Below, in pieces: positions 46,174 to 55,052 of a DNA stretch of 57,086 nt; position 1 is the stretch's first letter, and each line of letters opens with the position of its first letter. A program made the translations under genes and the position numbers. Below the pieces are notes generated by a model. It worked only from the letters and a program-made list of their open reading frames with translations, did not search any database and was not told the origin of the DNA. Origin of the DNA: Minisyncoccia bacterium (GTDB taxonomy: Bacteria > Patescibacteriota > Minisyncoccia > Phycocordibacterales > UBA5272); the NCBI GenBank assembly GCA_038256975.1, contig JBBSJU010000001.1, forward strand, positions 1 through 57,086, read 5' to 3'.

Positions 46174-47532
46174 ATGGAGAAAAGGGAGAAAATACCTAAT
46201 GGTTTTGATGATGAAGACAATAAAGAAAGCATTTTTCGTCTGGGTGTCTCACCTGTAAAGGCAAATTTTCGTATTGGCCCTCTTCGATCACATTTGTATA
46301 ACTATATTTATGCCAGTAATGAAAAATTAAAAAATAAAGATTCCAAAGTTTATTTTCGAGTCGACGACTCAAATCAAGAGAAAGGAGACAGGGAAATGTC
46401 TGATAAACTTTTTTGTTTTTTTTCAGAAACCTTAGGAATGGTATTTGATCAGCACGAAGATGGTAGTCGAATGATCTTTCAGTCTGAAAGAGTTGATTTA
46501 TATCGCGAGTATTTAGAGAAGTTATTTGATATAGGTGTGGTATTTTTGGATAAGGAGTCTGGCTTAACTCTTTTTGATATTGAAAAGTTTATTGATATTC
46601 ACGGAGAAATAATTCAATTTCATGATCTCGTGAGAGGTGACGTGACATTAAAATTAAAAAAGCTTTTAGATAAACAAAAGTTTTTCCCCTTAGTGAGATC
46701 AAATGGCTCTGTGTTATATCACTTAGCTTCTGTTACTGACGACGATCTTCTCGGTGTTACGCATGTTGTACGAGGGACTGATAAGCTTTCTGTTGCACAG
46801 TATCAAGAAATGGTAAGAATTGCTCTTGAATTGGAACCTAAAAAATTTATGCACACACCGCTCATGTTGGACGATGAAGGCGGTTTATTAAAGGGAGATG
46901 TTTTATATGATTCTTTTATTAAAAAAGGTATTTTACCTCAAGCGATGTTATCCTATATGATTTCATCAGGTTATGGCGACCCTGATATGGTGTATGAGTC
47001 GATAGATGCCATTATAGAGAGATTTGATTATAAGAGAGTAAGACAAAATAATGGAAGGTTTGATTTTAAAAAATTAGTTAGTATAAATAGAAAAATTTTG
47101 TCTGGTATTAGTGATGAGGATTATGGTATTTCATTAAGATTATATTTTGCGAAAGTAAATAGAGAAGATATACAAAAAGGTCTTAATAATGATGTAGAAT
47201 TGCTATCTCTGTTTTTAAAACTAAAAATACCCTTCGAAAAAGCTGAAGCGTTTTACAATGCTTTAAATCAGCCAGACTATTCCAATATCGAAAAACTTGA
47301 TCAGGAAGTTATAGATGCACTTATCTTTTTTATTGAAGAATTTAACGCGAGCAAGTTTAATTGTAAAGATATTTTTTATTCTGCAGATAGGAATAAAATT
47401 AAAGCATTAAGATTTCTCCTCATCGGAGGCTTAGAAATATCAGGAGGTTTGTTGGAGATAGTAGAGTATTTAATTTCTAAAAAACTCATTTCTAAAAGAC
47501 TAGAGACACTAGGTAGTTTTTTAAGTGTATGA
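46174..47532 (+). CDS. Glutamyl-tRNA synthetase paralogue with degenerate HIGH/KMSKS motifs
   Basis: R...SP, FRVDD, QSER..LY, RSNG..LYHLASVTDD, VTHVVRGTD, H.PLM, FD.KKL..IN; HIGH position reads RIGP and KMSKS position reads LLKG. Confidence 0.82.
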   Translation: MEKREKIPNGFDDEDNKESIFRLGVSPVKANFRIGPLRSHLYNYIYASNEKLKNKDSKVYFRVDDSNQEKGDREMSDKLFCFFSETLGMVFDQHEDGSRMIFQSERVDLYREYLEKLFDIGVVFLDKESGLTLFDIEKFIDIHGEIIQFHDLVRGDVTLKLKKLLDKQKFFPLVRSNGSVLYHLASVTDDDLLGVTHVVRGTDKLSVAQYQEMVRIALELEPKKFMHTPLMLDDEGGLLKGDVLYDSFIKKGILPQAMLSYMISSGYGDPDMVYESIDAIIERFDYKRVRQNNGRFDFKKLVSINRKILSGISDEDYGISLRLYFAKVNREDIQKGLNNDVELLSLFLKLKIPFEKAEAFYNALNQPDYSNIEKLDQEVIDALIFFIEEFNASKFNCKDIFYSADRNKIKALRFLLIGGLEISGGLLEIVEYLISKKLISKRLETLGSFLSV

Positions 47533-47559
47533 CCTTACCTATTTGTAATAGGTAAGGTA
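47533..47559. terminator. Hairpin after the AT-rich operon
   Basis: ccttacctat-ttgta-ataggtaagg. Confidence 0.55.
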
Positions 47560-47820
47560 TGAAATCTCTATGACGAAAGAGGCTGATAAGTACTCATTTT
47601 CAGAATCAAATACTAAAACGTTCGTTCTTAATTCTAGGTTAGGAAGCGTTTCAGGGATGATTTGTATATAAAGCAGGGGAAATAGGCAGGCAACTTCAGG
47701 TTTTTGTTATCCCCACCTTTTCGACATGTATTCTTGCCATAACTATATACGTGTGACATAGTTCACCTTATCTGTATTGAAGTACAGGTAGTTGCGGTTT
47801 ATTACAATTATTTTATATAT

Positions 47821-50800
47821 ATGAAGAAAAACTATGCGTTCGTGCTCATGGCTCTTGTGCTATTTGGTGCGACATCAATCTCTTTTGCTCAAAACGTTGA
47901 GGTTGCAGGAAAGGTGACAGGTATTCGAGGTATTGCGCTTCGAACATACTGTAGTTTCTCCACACTTTTTGGTGCAAATAATGACAAGTGTTTCGATTTA
48001 ACAAAAACAGGTGCGATTAACGCTGCGGCTATTGGAGCAGTAGATCTCGGTGTTGGATCAGAGACTCCATCTGGAACAGGAACGCCACAAGGTAACCCAA
48101 CAACTCCAGGAATTAATTCACCAGTTGTTGAGCGAACAGTGGTAGTGCAGGGAGCACCTGGCCCTCAGGGTCCACAAGGTCCTGCTGGCTCAACAGGTCC
48201 AGCACCGACATTCCCTAACATGCCTTTGGTATTTTGGAGCGGGGGTGGTGCGGGAGGTGGTTCAACACAAACAATTGTTAATAACTCAATCTCACCACTT
48301 CCTGGAGGTGCACTTCCTGGGCAAGTATTGAGTACCAACGCGTCAGGAACCGCTGAGTGGCAGTTCGTTACCCTTCCAGGGACAACGAGTACGCCTTCTA
48401 TATTAGGATCACTCACTGACCTTTCTGCAACAAATGGTCTTAATCTCGCAACTACTTCTACTTCAACAACTCTCAAATTAGGTGGCTCTCTTACGGAAGA
48501 CACAACTATTCTTCAGGATGTTTTTAATTTTGGTCTTAACCGATTAGGTTTCGGGTTCTTTAATCAAGGGACAACAACTGTTCCTGGTGCAAGTACTTCA
48601 ACTGAAAATACAACATTCACAGGTCTTTCTGGAACAGAAGGAACACAAAATATTTTTGCAGGACTTTTCCGACGCGCAACTTCTTTGTTTCCAATATATG
48701 AAGTACGAGCGTTTGATTCTGCCACGAATAAAGAAGGTTATTCAACTGTAGAATCTGGTGGTATCGAAACAGGTGTGACCAATGGTACAAGTACGGCAGA
48801 GCTTTCTATTGATGTAAGTGAGGTACAGATTTCAGCATTTGACAGCGCCTCTTCTACTGGAATTAAAGTTACGGCAACGGGAGGGGTCGAGTTTAATTCA
48901 AGTGAAGGGGGGTACTCATTTCCCCGAATGGACGGCACAACAAACACGCTCCTTACTACAAATGGCGCAGGACAACTTCGCTACGAAACAATCAGTAACA
49001 TTATTGGGACATCCTCAACATCAACAATTAATGCGTGGGGCTTGAATGGAAATAGTGGTATTGATGATACGGTAAACTTCTTTGGCACAACGGATGCACA
49101 GGATGTTGTTATAAAAACAAACAATATCGAACGGGCACGTTTTGCAGCGAATGGAAATTTTTCACTCTTCACGAATGATCAGAACACAACTTCTGCTATC
49201 ACGGTAAAAGGTATTCATAGTGATGGACGATGGGGAATCTTTGACGAGGCAAATAACAAGCTTTTGCAAAACAGATCAGATGCGGGAATTTTAGGATTTG
49301 GAACAGGAGACTTTGTATCGTACGGATTTAATTCTGCAATGGGAATCCGCGGCGCAGATGTGCACATTCCTCACCTTGTGGTGGGTGGAAATCACACGGG
49401 GCCAAACAATATCTCGCAGCTTCGTATGGAGGCAAGCTCACAAACTGAGTACAATTACGCAGGTTCCTACCCAACAGGAGTAAATACATACAAAATTTCA
49501 ACAATATTGCATGCGCCGCTTCCTGGGAATGTACGAGCACCTATCCTAATTGGAGGCCGCGAATTAAAATTTGTTACAGGAGCAAATGATACAGGAACTC
49601 CGGAAATGACCATTACTGAAAATGGAAATATAGGAGTTGGGACAGTGCTTCCATCGACACGTTTTGAGGTGAACAGCGGTGTTGCAAACGACTCCGGTTT
49701 TGCTTTCTCGCAACTCAATGCTACTTCAACCCTTGTTGGTACGGCACTTAACTTCCTTACTGTAGACGCGCTTGGGAAAGTGGTCCTCTCTGGACTTGAT
49801 CCGTCTACATTTGCGACAACATCAGCGGCTGGAATTACAGGGAATATTCAGTTTAATGAAGGTGGTCTTTTTGCAGCAAATTCAAATTTCAATTGGGACA
49901 ATGTGAATAATAGATTCAGTATTCAAGGTACATCAACACAGTCGGCGAATCTTACTGAATGGAAAAATAGCGCAGGAACTAATGTGCTTAGTGTAAACCC
50001 AAATGGCGGAATGAACATGGCGTACCAACAAGCTCTCACTTTTGCGTTTGGAGGAAGTGTAGGTAATACAGGTGGCGTTGGAGGTGCTGTTGAGTTGCTT
50101 GCTGAAAGTGGAGGTGGTGTATCTGGTATTCGAGTTGAATTTGGAAACAGAATTCAGCTCCTTGGTGGCAACATGAGTGTCTTTCCTCAAAACAACACAT
50201 CAAATTCAATTACTCTTCGGGGGGCTGATAATGGAAATGTAGGTAATGGTGGAGATCTTATTCTTCGAGGAGGTAACGCAACTCTTACAAGTGGTATGGG
50301 TGGGCTTGCTACCTTCAAATCAGGAGACTCTATTGGAACAAATATGTCTGGTACAAATGCGGTTCTTGCAGGTGGTGCAGCAACTGGTAACGCTGTTGGT
50401 GGATCTCTCTTATTCCAAACTTCTGATGTTGGAGCAAGTGGTTCAGCATTGCAACCTTTTACAACTAAGATGGCGCTTACCGCAGATGGACGTCTTGGCA
50501 TTGGAACAACATCACCTGCGCGACAGCTCCATGTTGCAATTAATACAACAGGACAAGTTGCTCGCTTCCAAAACAGTTCTGCAACCTGTAACATCAATCC
50601 TTCAATCTTCCTCGCTTTCAATTGTCTCTCCGATCAATCTCTGAAGAAAGATATTGTTTCTCTTGATTCAAAACTTGCAGCTTTCACCAAGTTGAACCCT
50701 GTGAATTATCACTGGAACACTGAAGAAGTGGGAAGTCCACTTCAGTACGGTTTTATCGCCCAAGAAGTTGAGGCAGTATTCCCTGACTTTGTGACAACAG

Positions 50801-51363
50801 ATTCTGAAACAGGACTTAAATCAGTTGCATTTGGAAATCTCATTCCACTTACTGTAAAGGCCGTGAGTGAAATCAACGCGCATCTTGGCGATCTTTCAGA
50901 AGAAACAACTCCGGAGAAATTTGCTCAGTCGACAATCTTTAAACGATTTACTGACGCGTTTAAAACCCTCACACTTGCATTCAAAGATATTACCGCGGAC
51001 AAAGCGACAATCAAGGAACTCTGTCTTCCTAAGTCTGACGGCACTGTGATTTGTCTTTCAGGTGACCAAGTTGCTCAGATTGCTGCAAGTGCAGGTATCC
51101 AGACGGTTACTCCCGCACCAGTACCAGTAGTTGTAGTTGACCCAACTCCAGTTCCGGTTGTGGAAGAAGAGCCAGTGGTCCCACCGACAGATGAACCAGT
51201 TGATCCTATTGTTGAAGAGGTAATACCTGTAGTGCAAGTTGAGTCAACTCCTGTTGTTGTAGAACCCGTGACTCCTGTGGTGCAAGACGTTCCTACGGCT
51301 GTAATAGTACCAGAGCAAGTTTCAACTCCCGCTCCAACCACCCCGCCTACTCCCACAGAATAG
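47821..51363 (+). CDS. Large secreted fibre-like protein with peptidase S74-type chaperone domain (paralogue of 13030..17370)
   Basis: Signal peptide; GAPGPQGPQGPAG; WGLNGNSG..FFGTTDAQD; GRLGIGTTSP; SDQSLKKDI..GFIAQEVEAVFPDFV; P/V/E-rich tail. Confidence 0.85.
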   Translation: MKKNYAFVLMALVLFGATSISFAQNVEVAGKVTGIRGIALRTYCSFSTLFGANNDKCFDLTKTGAINAAAIGAVDLGVGSETPSGTGTPQGNPTTPGINSPVVERTVVVQGAPGPQGPQGPAGSTGPAPTFPNMPLVFWSGGGAGGGSTQTIVNNSISPLPGGALPGQVLSTNASGTAEWQFVTLPGTTSTPSILGSLTDLSATNGLNLATTSTSTTLKLGGSLTEDTTILQDVFNFGLNRLGFGFFNQGTTTVPGASTSTENTTFTGLSGTEGTQNIFAGLFRRATSLFPIYEVRAFDSATNKEGYSTVESGGIETGVTNGTSTAELSIDVSEVQISAFDSASSTGIKVTATGGVEFNSSEGGYSFPRMDGTTNTLLTTNGAGQLRYETISNIIGTSSTSTINAWGLNGNSGIDDTVNFFGTTDAQDVVIKTNNIERARFAANGNFSLFTNDQNTTSAITVKGIHSDGRWGIFDEANNKLLQNRSDAGILGFGTGDFVSYGFNSAMGIRGADVHIPHLVVGGNHTGPNNISQLRMEASSQTEYNYAGSYPTGVNTYKISTILHAPLPGNVRAPILIGGRELKFVTGANDTGTPEMTITENGNIGVGTVLPSTRFEVNSGVANDSGFAFSQLNATSTLVGTALNFLTVDALGKVVLSGLDPSTFATTSAAGITGNIQFNEGGLFAANSNFNWDNVNNRFSIQGTSTQSANLTEWKNSAGTNVLSVNPNGGMNMAYQQALTFAFGGSVGNTGGVGGAVELLAESGGGVSGIRVEFGNRIQLLGGNMSVFPQNNTSNSITLRGADNGNVGNGGDLILRGGNATLTSGMGGLATFKSGDSIGTNMSGTNAVLAGGAATGNAVGGSLLFQTSDVGASGSALQPFTTKMALTADGRLGIGTTSPARQLHVAINTTGQVARFQNSSATCNINPSIFLAFNCLSDQSLKKDIVSLDSKLAAFTKLNPVNYHWNTEEVGSPLQYGFIAQEVEAVFPDFVTTDSETGLKSVAFGNLIPLTVKAVSEINAHLGDLSEETTPEKFAQSTIFKRFTDAFKTLTLAFKDITADKATIKELCLPKSDGTVICLSGDQVAQIAASAGIQTVTPAPVPVVVVDPTPVPVVEEEPVVPPTDEPVDPIVEEVIPVVQVESTPVVVEPVTPVVQDVPTAVIVPEQVSTPAPTTPPTPTE

Positions 51364-51388
51364 GTTGTATAAAAGATATTTAATGAAT

Positions 51389-51416
51389 AAAAACCACCTT
51401 AAAAAGGTGGTTTTTG
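51389..51416. terminator. Intrinsic terminator
   Basis: aaaaaccacc-ttaaaaa-ggtggttttt. Confidence 0.8.
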
Positions 51417-51430
51417 TGTGGAGGAGGCCT

Positions 51431-51460
51431 TTGACACAAGGGGCTTCTTTGTAGTATTAT
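51431..51460 (+). promoter_or_regulatory. secE-nusG-rplK promoter
   Basis: TTGACA-18 nt-TATTAT. Confidence 0.6.
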
Positions 51461-51505
51461 GACAAACATATAAAGAAGCCCGGAAGGGCGGTTTTTAATA
51501 AGAAT

Positions 51506-51691
51506 ATGCGTATAACACAATATCTAAAAGAAACTCGGGCTGAGATGGCAAATATCAAATGGCCAACTAGAAAAGAAACTATTCTACATACTACACTTGT
51601 TGTCTTGATTTCAGTGCTCGTTGGACTGGGACTTTCAGGTCTTGATCTTAGTTTTCAAAAAGTAATAACGTCGCTTCTTAATAGTTTTTAA
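51506..51691 (+). CDS. secE: Preprotein translocase subunit SecE
   Basis: YLKETRAEMANIKWPTRKET plus a TM segment, upstream of nusG. Confidence 0.93.
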   Translation: MRITQYLKETRAEMANIKWPTRKETILHTTLVVLISVLVGLGLSGLDLSFQKVITSLLNSF

Positions 51692-51700
51692 ACTGAATGT

Positions 51701-52246
51701 ATGTCTAAACAAGAAACATCAGGCGATCGTCACTGGTACGCGGTGCATACATACGCTGGATATGAAAATGCAGTACTTCGAAATCTCAAACAGCGCATCG
51801 AGTCACTTAATATGGAAAATAAAATTTTCGAAGTGATTGTTCCTATTGAAAAAAAAATAAAGGTAAAGGCTGGAAAACGAGTTGAGGTAGAAGAAAAGAT
51901 TTATCCAGGATATGTGCTTGTAGACATGATTGTGGATGAAAACTCTTGGTATGTTGTTCGCAACACTCCTCGAGTGACGGGGTTTGTGGGCGCCGGAACA
52001 ACCCCTGTGCCACTCAATGAGAAAGAGCTCGGGTATCTTTTTGAGAAAATGAAGTCAACCAAGACAGAACACGACATTGAGATCGAAGAAACAGATATGG
52101 TAAAGATTGTTGACGGTCCATTTAAAGATTTTGAAGGTAAAGTGGAAGGGGTTGATAAGGAGCGCGGAAAATTAAAAGTGCTTGTATCAATGTTTGGACG
52201 AGAAACTCCCGTTGAGCTCGACTTCTTGCAGGTTAAGAAAATATAA
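51701..52246 (+). CDS. nusG: Transcription factor NusG
   Basis: WYAVHTYAGYE, PGYVLV, VRNTPRVTGFVG, DGPF, MFGRETPVEL. Confidence 0.98.
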   Translation: MSKQETSGDRHWYAVHTYAGYENAVLRNLKQRIESLNMENKIFEVIVPIEKKIKVKAGKRVEVEEKIYPGYVLVDMIVDENSWYVVRNTPRVTGFVGAGTTPVPLNEKELGYLFEKMKSTKTEHDIEIEETDMVKIVDGPFKDFEGKVEGVDKERGKLKVLVSMFGRETPVELDFLQVKKI

Positions 52247-52269
52247 GGTAGTCTATAAAAACTAAAAGT

Positions 52270-52695
52270 ATGGCAGCTAAAAAAGTACAGAAATACGTAA
52301 AGGTTCAAATCGAGGCAGCAAAGGCAACTCCAGCCCCACCACTTGGTCCTGCCCTTGGTCAGGCCGGTGTTAATATTGCTGAATTCGTAAAGAAATTTAA
52401 CGATGCGACACAAGGAATGCAAGGAAAGGTAACGGCTCGTATCTATGTATATGAAGACCGTTCATACGACTTCAAAATCGTTTCTCCAACTGCAACTTCA
52501 ATGATCAAGAAATCTCTTAATCTTGAGAAAGGATCTTCTAAAAATGCTACGGTGAAAGTAGGTAAAATCACCCAAGCGCAGCTCCAGGCTATTGCAACTT
52601 CAAAGATGAAAGACTTGAATGCACACACAGTAGAGCAAGCAGCAAAGATTATTGCTGGCTCATGTCGCTCAATGGGTATCGAGGTGGTAGGCTAA
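52270..52695 (+). CDS. rplK: 50S ribosomal protein L11
   Basis: ATPAPPLGPALGQAGVNI, IAGSCRSMGI. Confidence 0.97.
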   Translation: MAAKKVQKYVKVQIEAAKATPAPPLGPALGQAGVNIAEFVKKFNDATQGMQGKVTARIYVYEDRSYDFKIVSPTATSMIKKSLNLEKGSSKNATVKVGKITQAQLQAIATSKMKDLNAHTVEQAAKIIAGSCRSMGIEVVG

Positions 52696-52699
52696 ATAC

Positions 52700-52735
52700 A
52701 AAAAGAAAAATCACCACTTGGTGGTTTTTCTTTTT
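52700..52735. terminator. Terminator directly after rplK
   Basis: aaaaagaaaaatcacc-actt-ggtggtttttcttttt. Confidence 0.75.
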
Positions 52736-52746
52736 ACCAAATTATT

Positions 52747-53508
52747 ATGAAGTGTATTGCCATACAAACACGAAAGATACTCCCGCCGAAAGATGATTTT
52801 TTAGGTGCGCTTTTTACGGCGAAGAAATTTAAACCAAAAAATGGAGATGTAATCGCTATCTCTTCAAAGGTGCTTGCGATAGACGAAGGCGTGTGTGTAC
52901 CTGCGGGCACTCGAGAAGACAAAGAAGAACTTGCTAAAAAACTTGCTGAAAGATATGTCGAACTTCCGTATGGTCGCGATAGAAAGGCGGTATTTACAGT
53001 GACGAACGGAGTACTCATTCGTACTGCTGGGATTGATGAGAGTAACGGCAATGGACACTTTATTTTGTGGCCAAAGGATCCGAAGAAAACTGCACAGATA
53101 TTGAAACGTGCTATTGAGAAAAAATATAGAGTAACGCTTACTGGGGTTATTGTTACTGATTCCTACTCTGTACCGCTTCGTCGAGGCGCTCTTGGGTTTG
53201 CTCTTGCGTGGGCGGGGATACATCCAACAAAAGATTATCGTGGAAAACCAGATGTCTTTGGTAGAAAGTTAAAGGTAACCCTTGCTAATATTGTGGATGC
53301 TATCGCTTCAGCTTCCGTGCTTGTAATGGGAGAGGCGAATGAAGCGACGCCTGTTGTTATCGTTCGTGATTTAAAAAATGTACAAAAGGAGCACAAAGTG
53401 AAAGACGAGCTTGATACATTCCCTGTTCGAATGGAGGACGATATTTTCAGCACATTCCTTTTGTCGCAAAAGTGGAGGAAGGGAGGTAAAAACAGCCTTG
53501 CAAAATAA
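52747..53508 (+). CDS. CofE-like gamma-glutamate ligase (putative alternative folylpolyglutamate synthase)
   Basis: GDVIAISSKVLAIDEG, AGIDESN, VIVTDS..PLRRG, DYRGKPDVFGRKL, VMGEANEATP. Confidence 0.85.
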   Translation: MKCIAIQTRKILPPKDDFLGALFTAKKFKPKNGDVIAISSKVLAIDEGVCVPAGTREDKEELAKKLAERYVELPYGRDRKAVFTVTNGVLIRTAGIDESNGNGHFILWPKDPKKTAQILKRAIEKKYRVTLTGVIVTDSYSVPLRRGALGFALAWAGIHPTKDYRGKPDVFGRKLKVTLANIVDAIASASVLVMGEANEATPVVIVRDLKNVQKEHKVKDELDTFPVRMEDDIFSTFLLSQKWRKGGKNSLAK

Positions 53509-53595
53509 AGCTCGGCGCGACTCTTTATTTTGTGATATGAATATGTATAGACCCTGATCTTTAGGGAAATATTTCTTAGTCACAAAGGAAAAGTC

Positions 53596-54081
53596 ATGAT
53601 AAAAATCATTGCAGCAATGACGCCGTTAAGGGTGATGGGTAACAAAGGAAAACTTCCTTGGAAGTCTAAAGATGTTCCCGGGGAACTCAAATGGTTTCAG
53701 GAAGCGACTGATGGTTGTACGGTAGTTATGGGTCGCAAGACCTGGGACTCACTCCCGGTAGGGTTTCGCCCACTTCCAGGAAGAGACAATATCGTTGTCT
53801 CTCAATCTCTTGGAGAAGATGCTTTACCTGGGGCTATTGTCGCACATACACTCAAGCAGGCGTTTAATATGGCACTTGTAGGGAAAGATGTGTGGATCGT
53901 CGGTGGTGCGCAGCTTTATACCGATGCACTTCCACTCGCCGACGAGCTTTACCTCACGTTTCTCGGTAGGGAATTTGAGGGAGACACACTCTTTCCAGAG
54001 TTTGAAAGTCAATTTACCTACATTGAAGACATTCGAAAAGGTGATGGGTGGACGGTGAAGAAGTTTATCAAAAACATGTAA
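53596..54081 (+). CDS. folA: Dihydrofolate reductase
   Basis: GKLPW, VVMGRKTWDSLP..RPLPGR.NIVVS, IVGGAQLY, GDTLFP. Confidence 0.95.
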   Translation: MIKIIAAMTPLRVMGNKGKLPWKSKDVPGELKWFQEATDGCTVVMGRKTWDSLPVGFRPLPGRDNIVVSQSLGEDALPGAIVAHTLKQAFNMALVGKDVWIVGGAQLYTDALPLADELYLTFLGREFEGDTLFPEFESQFTYIEDIRKGDGWTVKKFIKNM

Positions 54082-54101
54082 ACCAAGGAGACAATACAGT
54101 C

Positions 54102-54983
54102 ATGAACACAACACAACACGATGTAACCTATCAAGGAATGTTGCAAGATATCCTTGGAAATGCGCGAAACCACGCTGATCGTACAGGAGTAGGAACACAC
54201 TCTGTGTTTGGTGGGGAGTATCGATACCCGCTTTCGGAGGGTTTTCCACTTCTTACAACAAAAAAGATGGCGTGGAAATCCATCGTGAACGAACTCGTTT
54301 GGTTCTTGCAAGGGCGTACAGATGTACAGTGGCTCCAAGAGCACAAGTGCACCATTTGGGATGAGTGGGCGACCACCGAAGCTTGTGCAAAGTTTGGACG
54401 CAAAGAAGGCGATCTCGGTCCGGTGTATGGATTCTTGTGGCGACATTTCGGTGCTTCATACCAGGATGCGTGGACGGATTATTCAGGTCAAGGGATTGAC
54501 CAGATCAAACGACTCTCCGGTATGCTCCTCAAGGATTCTGGGAGCCGTCGTTTGATTGTAACTGGCTGGGATCCGGCAGTGTGTGACAAGGTGGCACTTC
54601 CGCCATGTCATACTCTCTGGCAGTGCAAGGTCCACGAAGGTGGTGTGCTTGACCTTAAGCTTCATCAGCGTAGTGCGGACAGTTTTCTTGGGGTGCCTTT
54701 CAATATTGCATCCTACGCATTGCTTTTGGAGTTGCTTGCTTGGACGCATGGGCTTACGCCAGGGACATTCATTCACTCATTTGGTGATCTCCATGTGTAT
54801 AAAAACCATGTCGATCAAGTGAATGAACAACTTGGACGGCAGCCTTTTTCGGCGCCAACAGTCAAGATTTCAGACCGTCTTAAGGGACGAGGGTTTGAGG
54901 GGCTTATGGAATTTACCATCGAAGACGTGGAACTTTTGGACTATCAAAGTCATGAAAAAATTGCGGCACCTGTCGCGAAGTAG
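54102..54983 (+). CDS. thyA: Thymidylate synthase
   Basis: DRTGVGT, GFPLLTTKK, LGPVYG, SRRL, LPPCH, QRSADSFLGVPFNIASY; SD aaggag. Confidence 0.97.
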   Translation: MNTTQHDVTYQGMLQDILGNARNHADRTGVGTHSVFGGEYRYPLSEGFPLLTTKKMAWKSIVNELVWFLQGRTDVQWLQEHKCTIWDEWATTEACAKFGRKEGDLGPVYGFLWRHFGASYQDAWTDYSGQGIDQIKRLSGMLLKDSGSRRLIVTGWDPAVCDKVALPPCHTLWQCKVHEGGVLDLKLHQRSADSFLGVPFNIASYALLLELLAWTHGLTPGTFIHSFGDLHVYKNHVDQVNEQLGRQPFSAPTVKISDRLKGRGFEGLMEFTIEDVELLDYQSHEKIAAPVAK

Positions 54984-55010
54984 AAAAAACAAAAGGTGGT
55001 CTACCTTTTA

Positions 55011-55046
55011 CGCCGAGTGCATTCTGTGCTCGGCGGCTTTCTTTTT
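55011..55046. terminator. Terminator between thyA and dcd
   Basis: cgccgagtgc-attct-gtgctcggcg followed by a T-rich tract. Confidence 0.7.
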
Positions 55047-55052
55047 ATAGTT

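Noticed and set aside
51476-51495. gccc-ggaa-gggc hairpin as SRP RNA
   Set aside because: It lacks the SRP domain IV internal loops; it is a simple GNRA hairpin in the secE leader.
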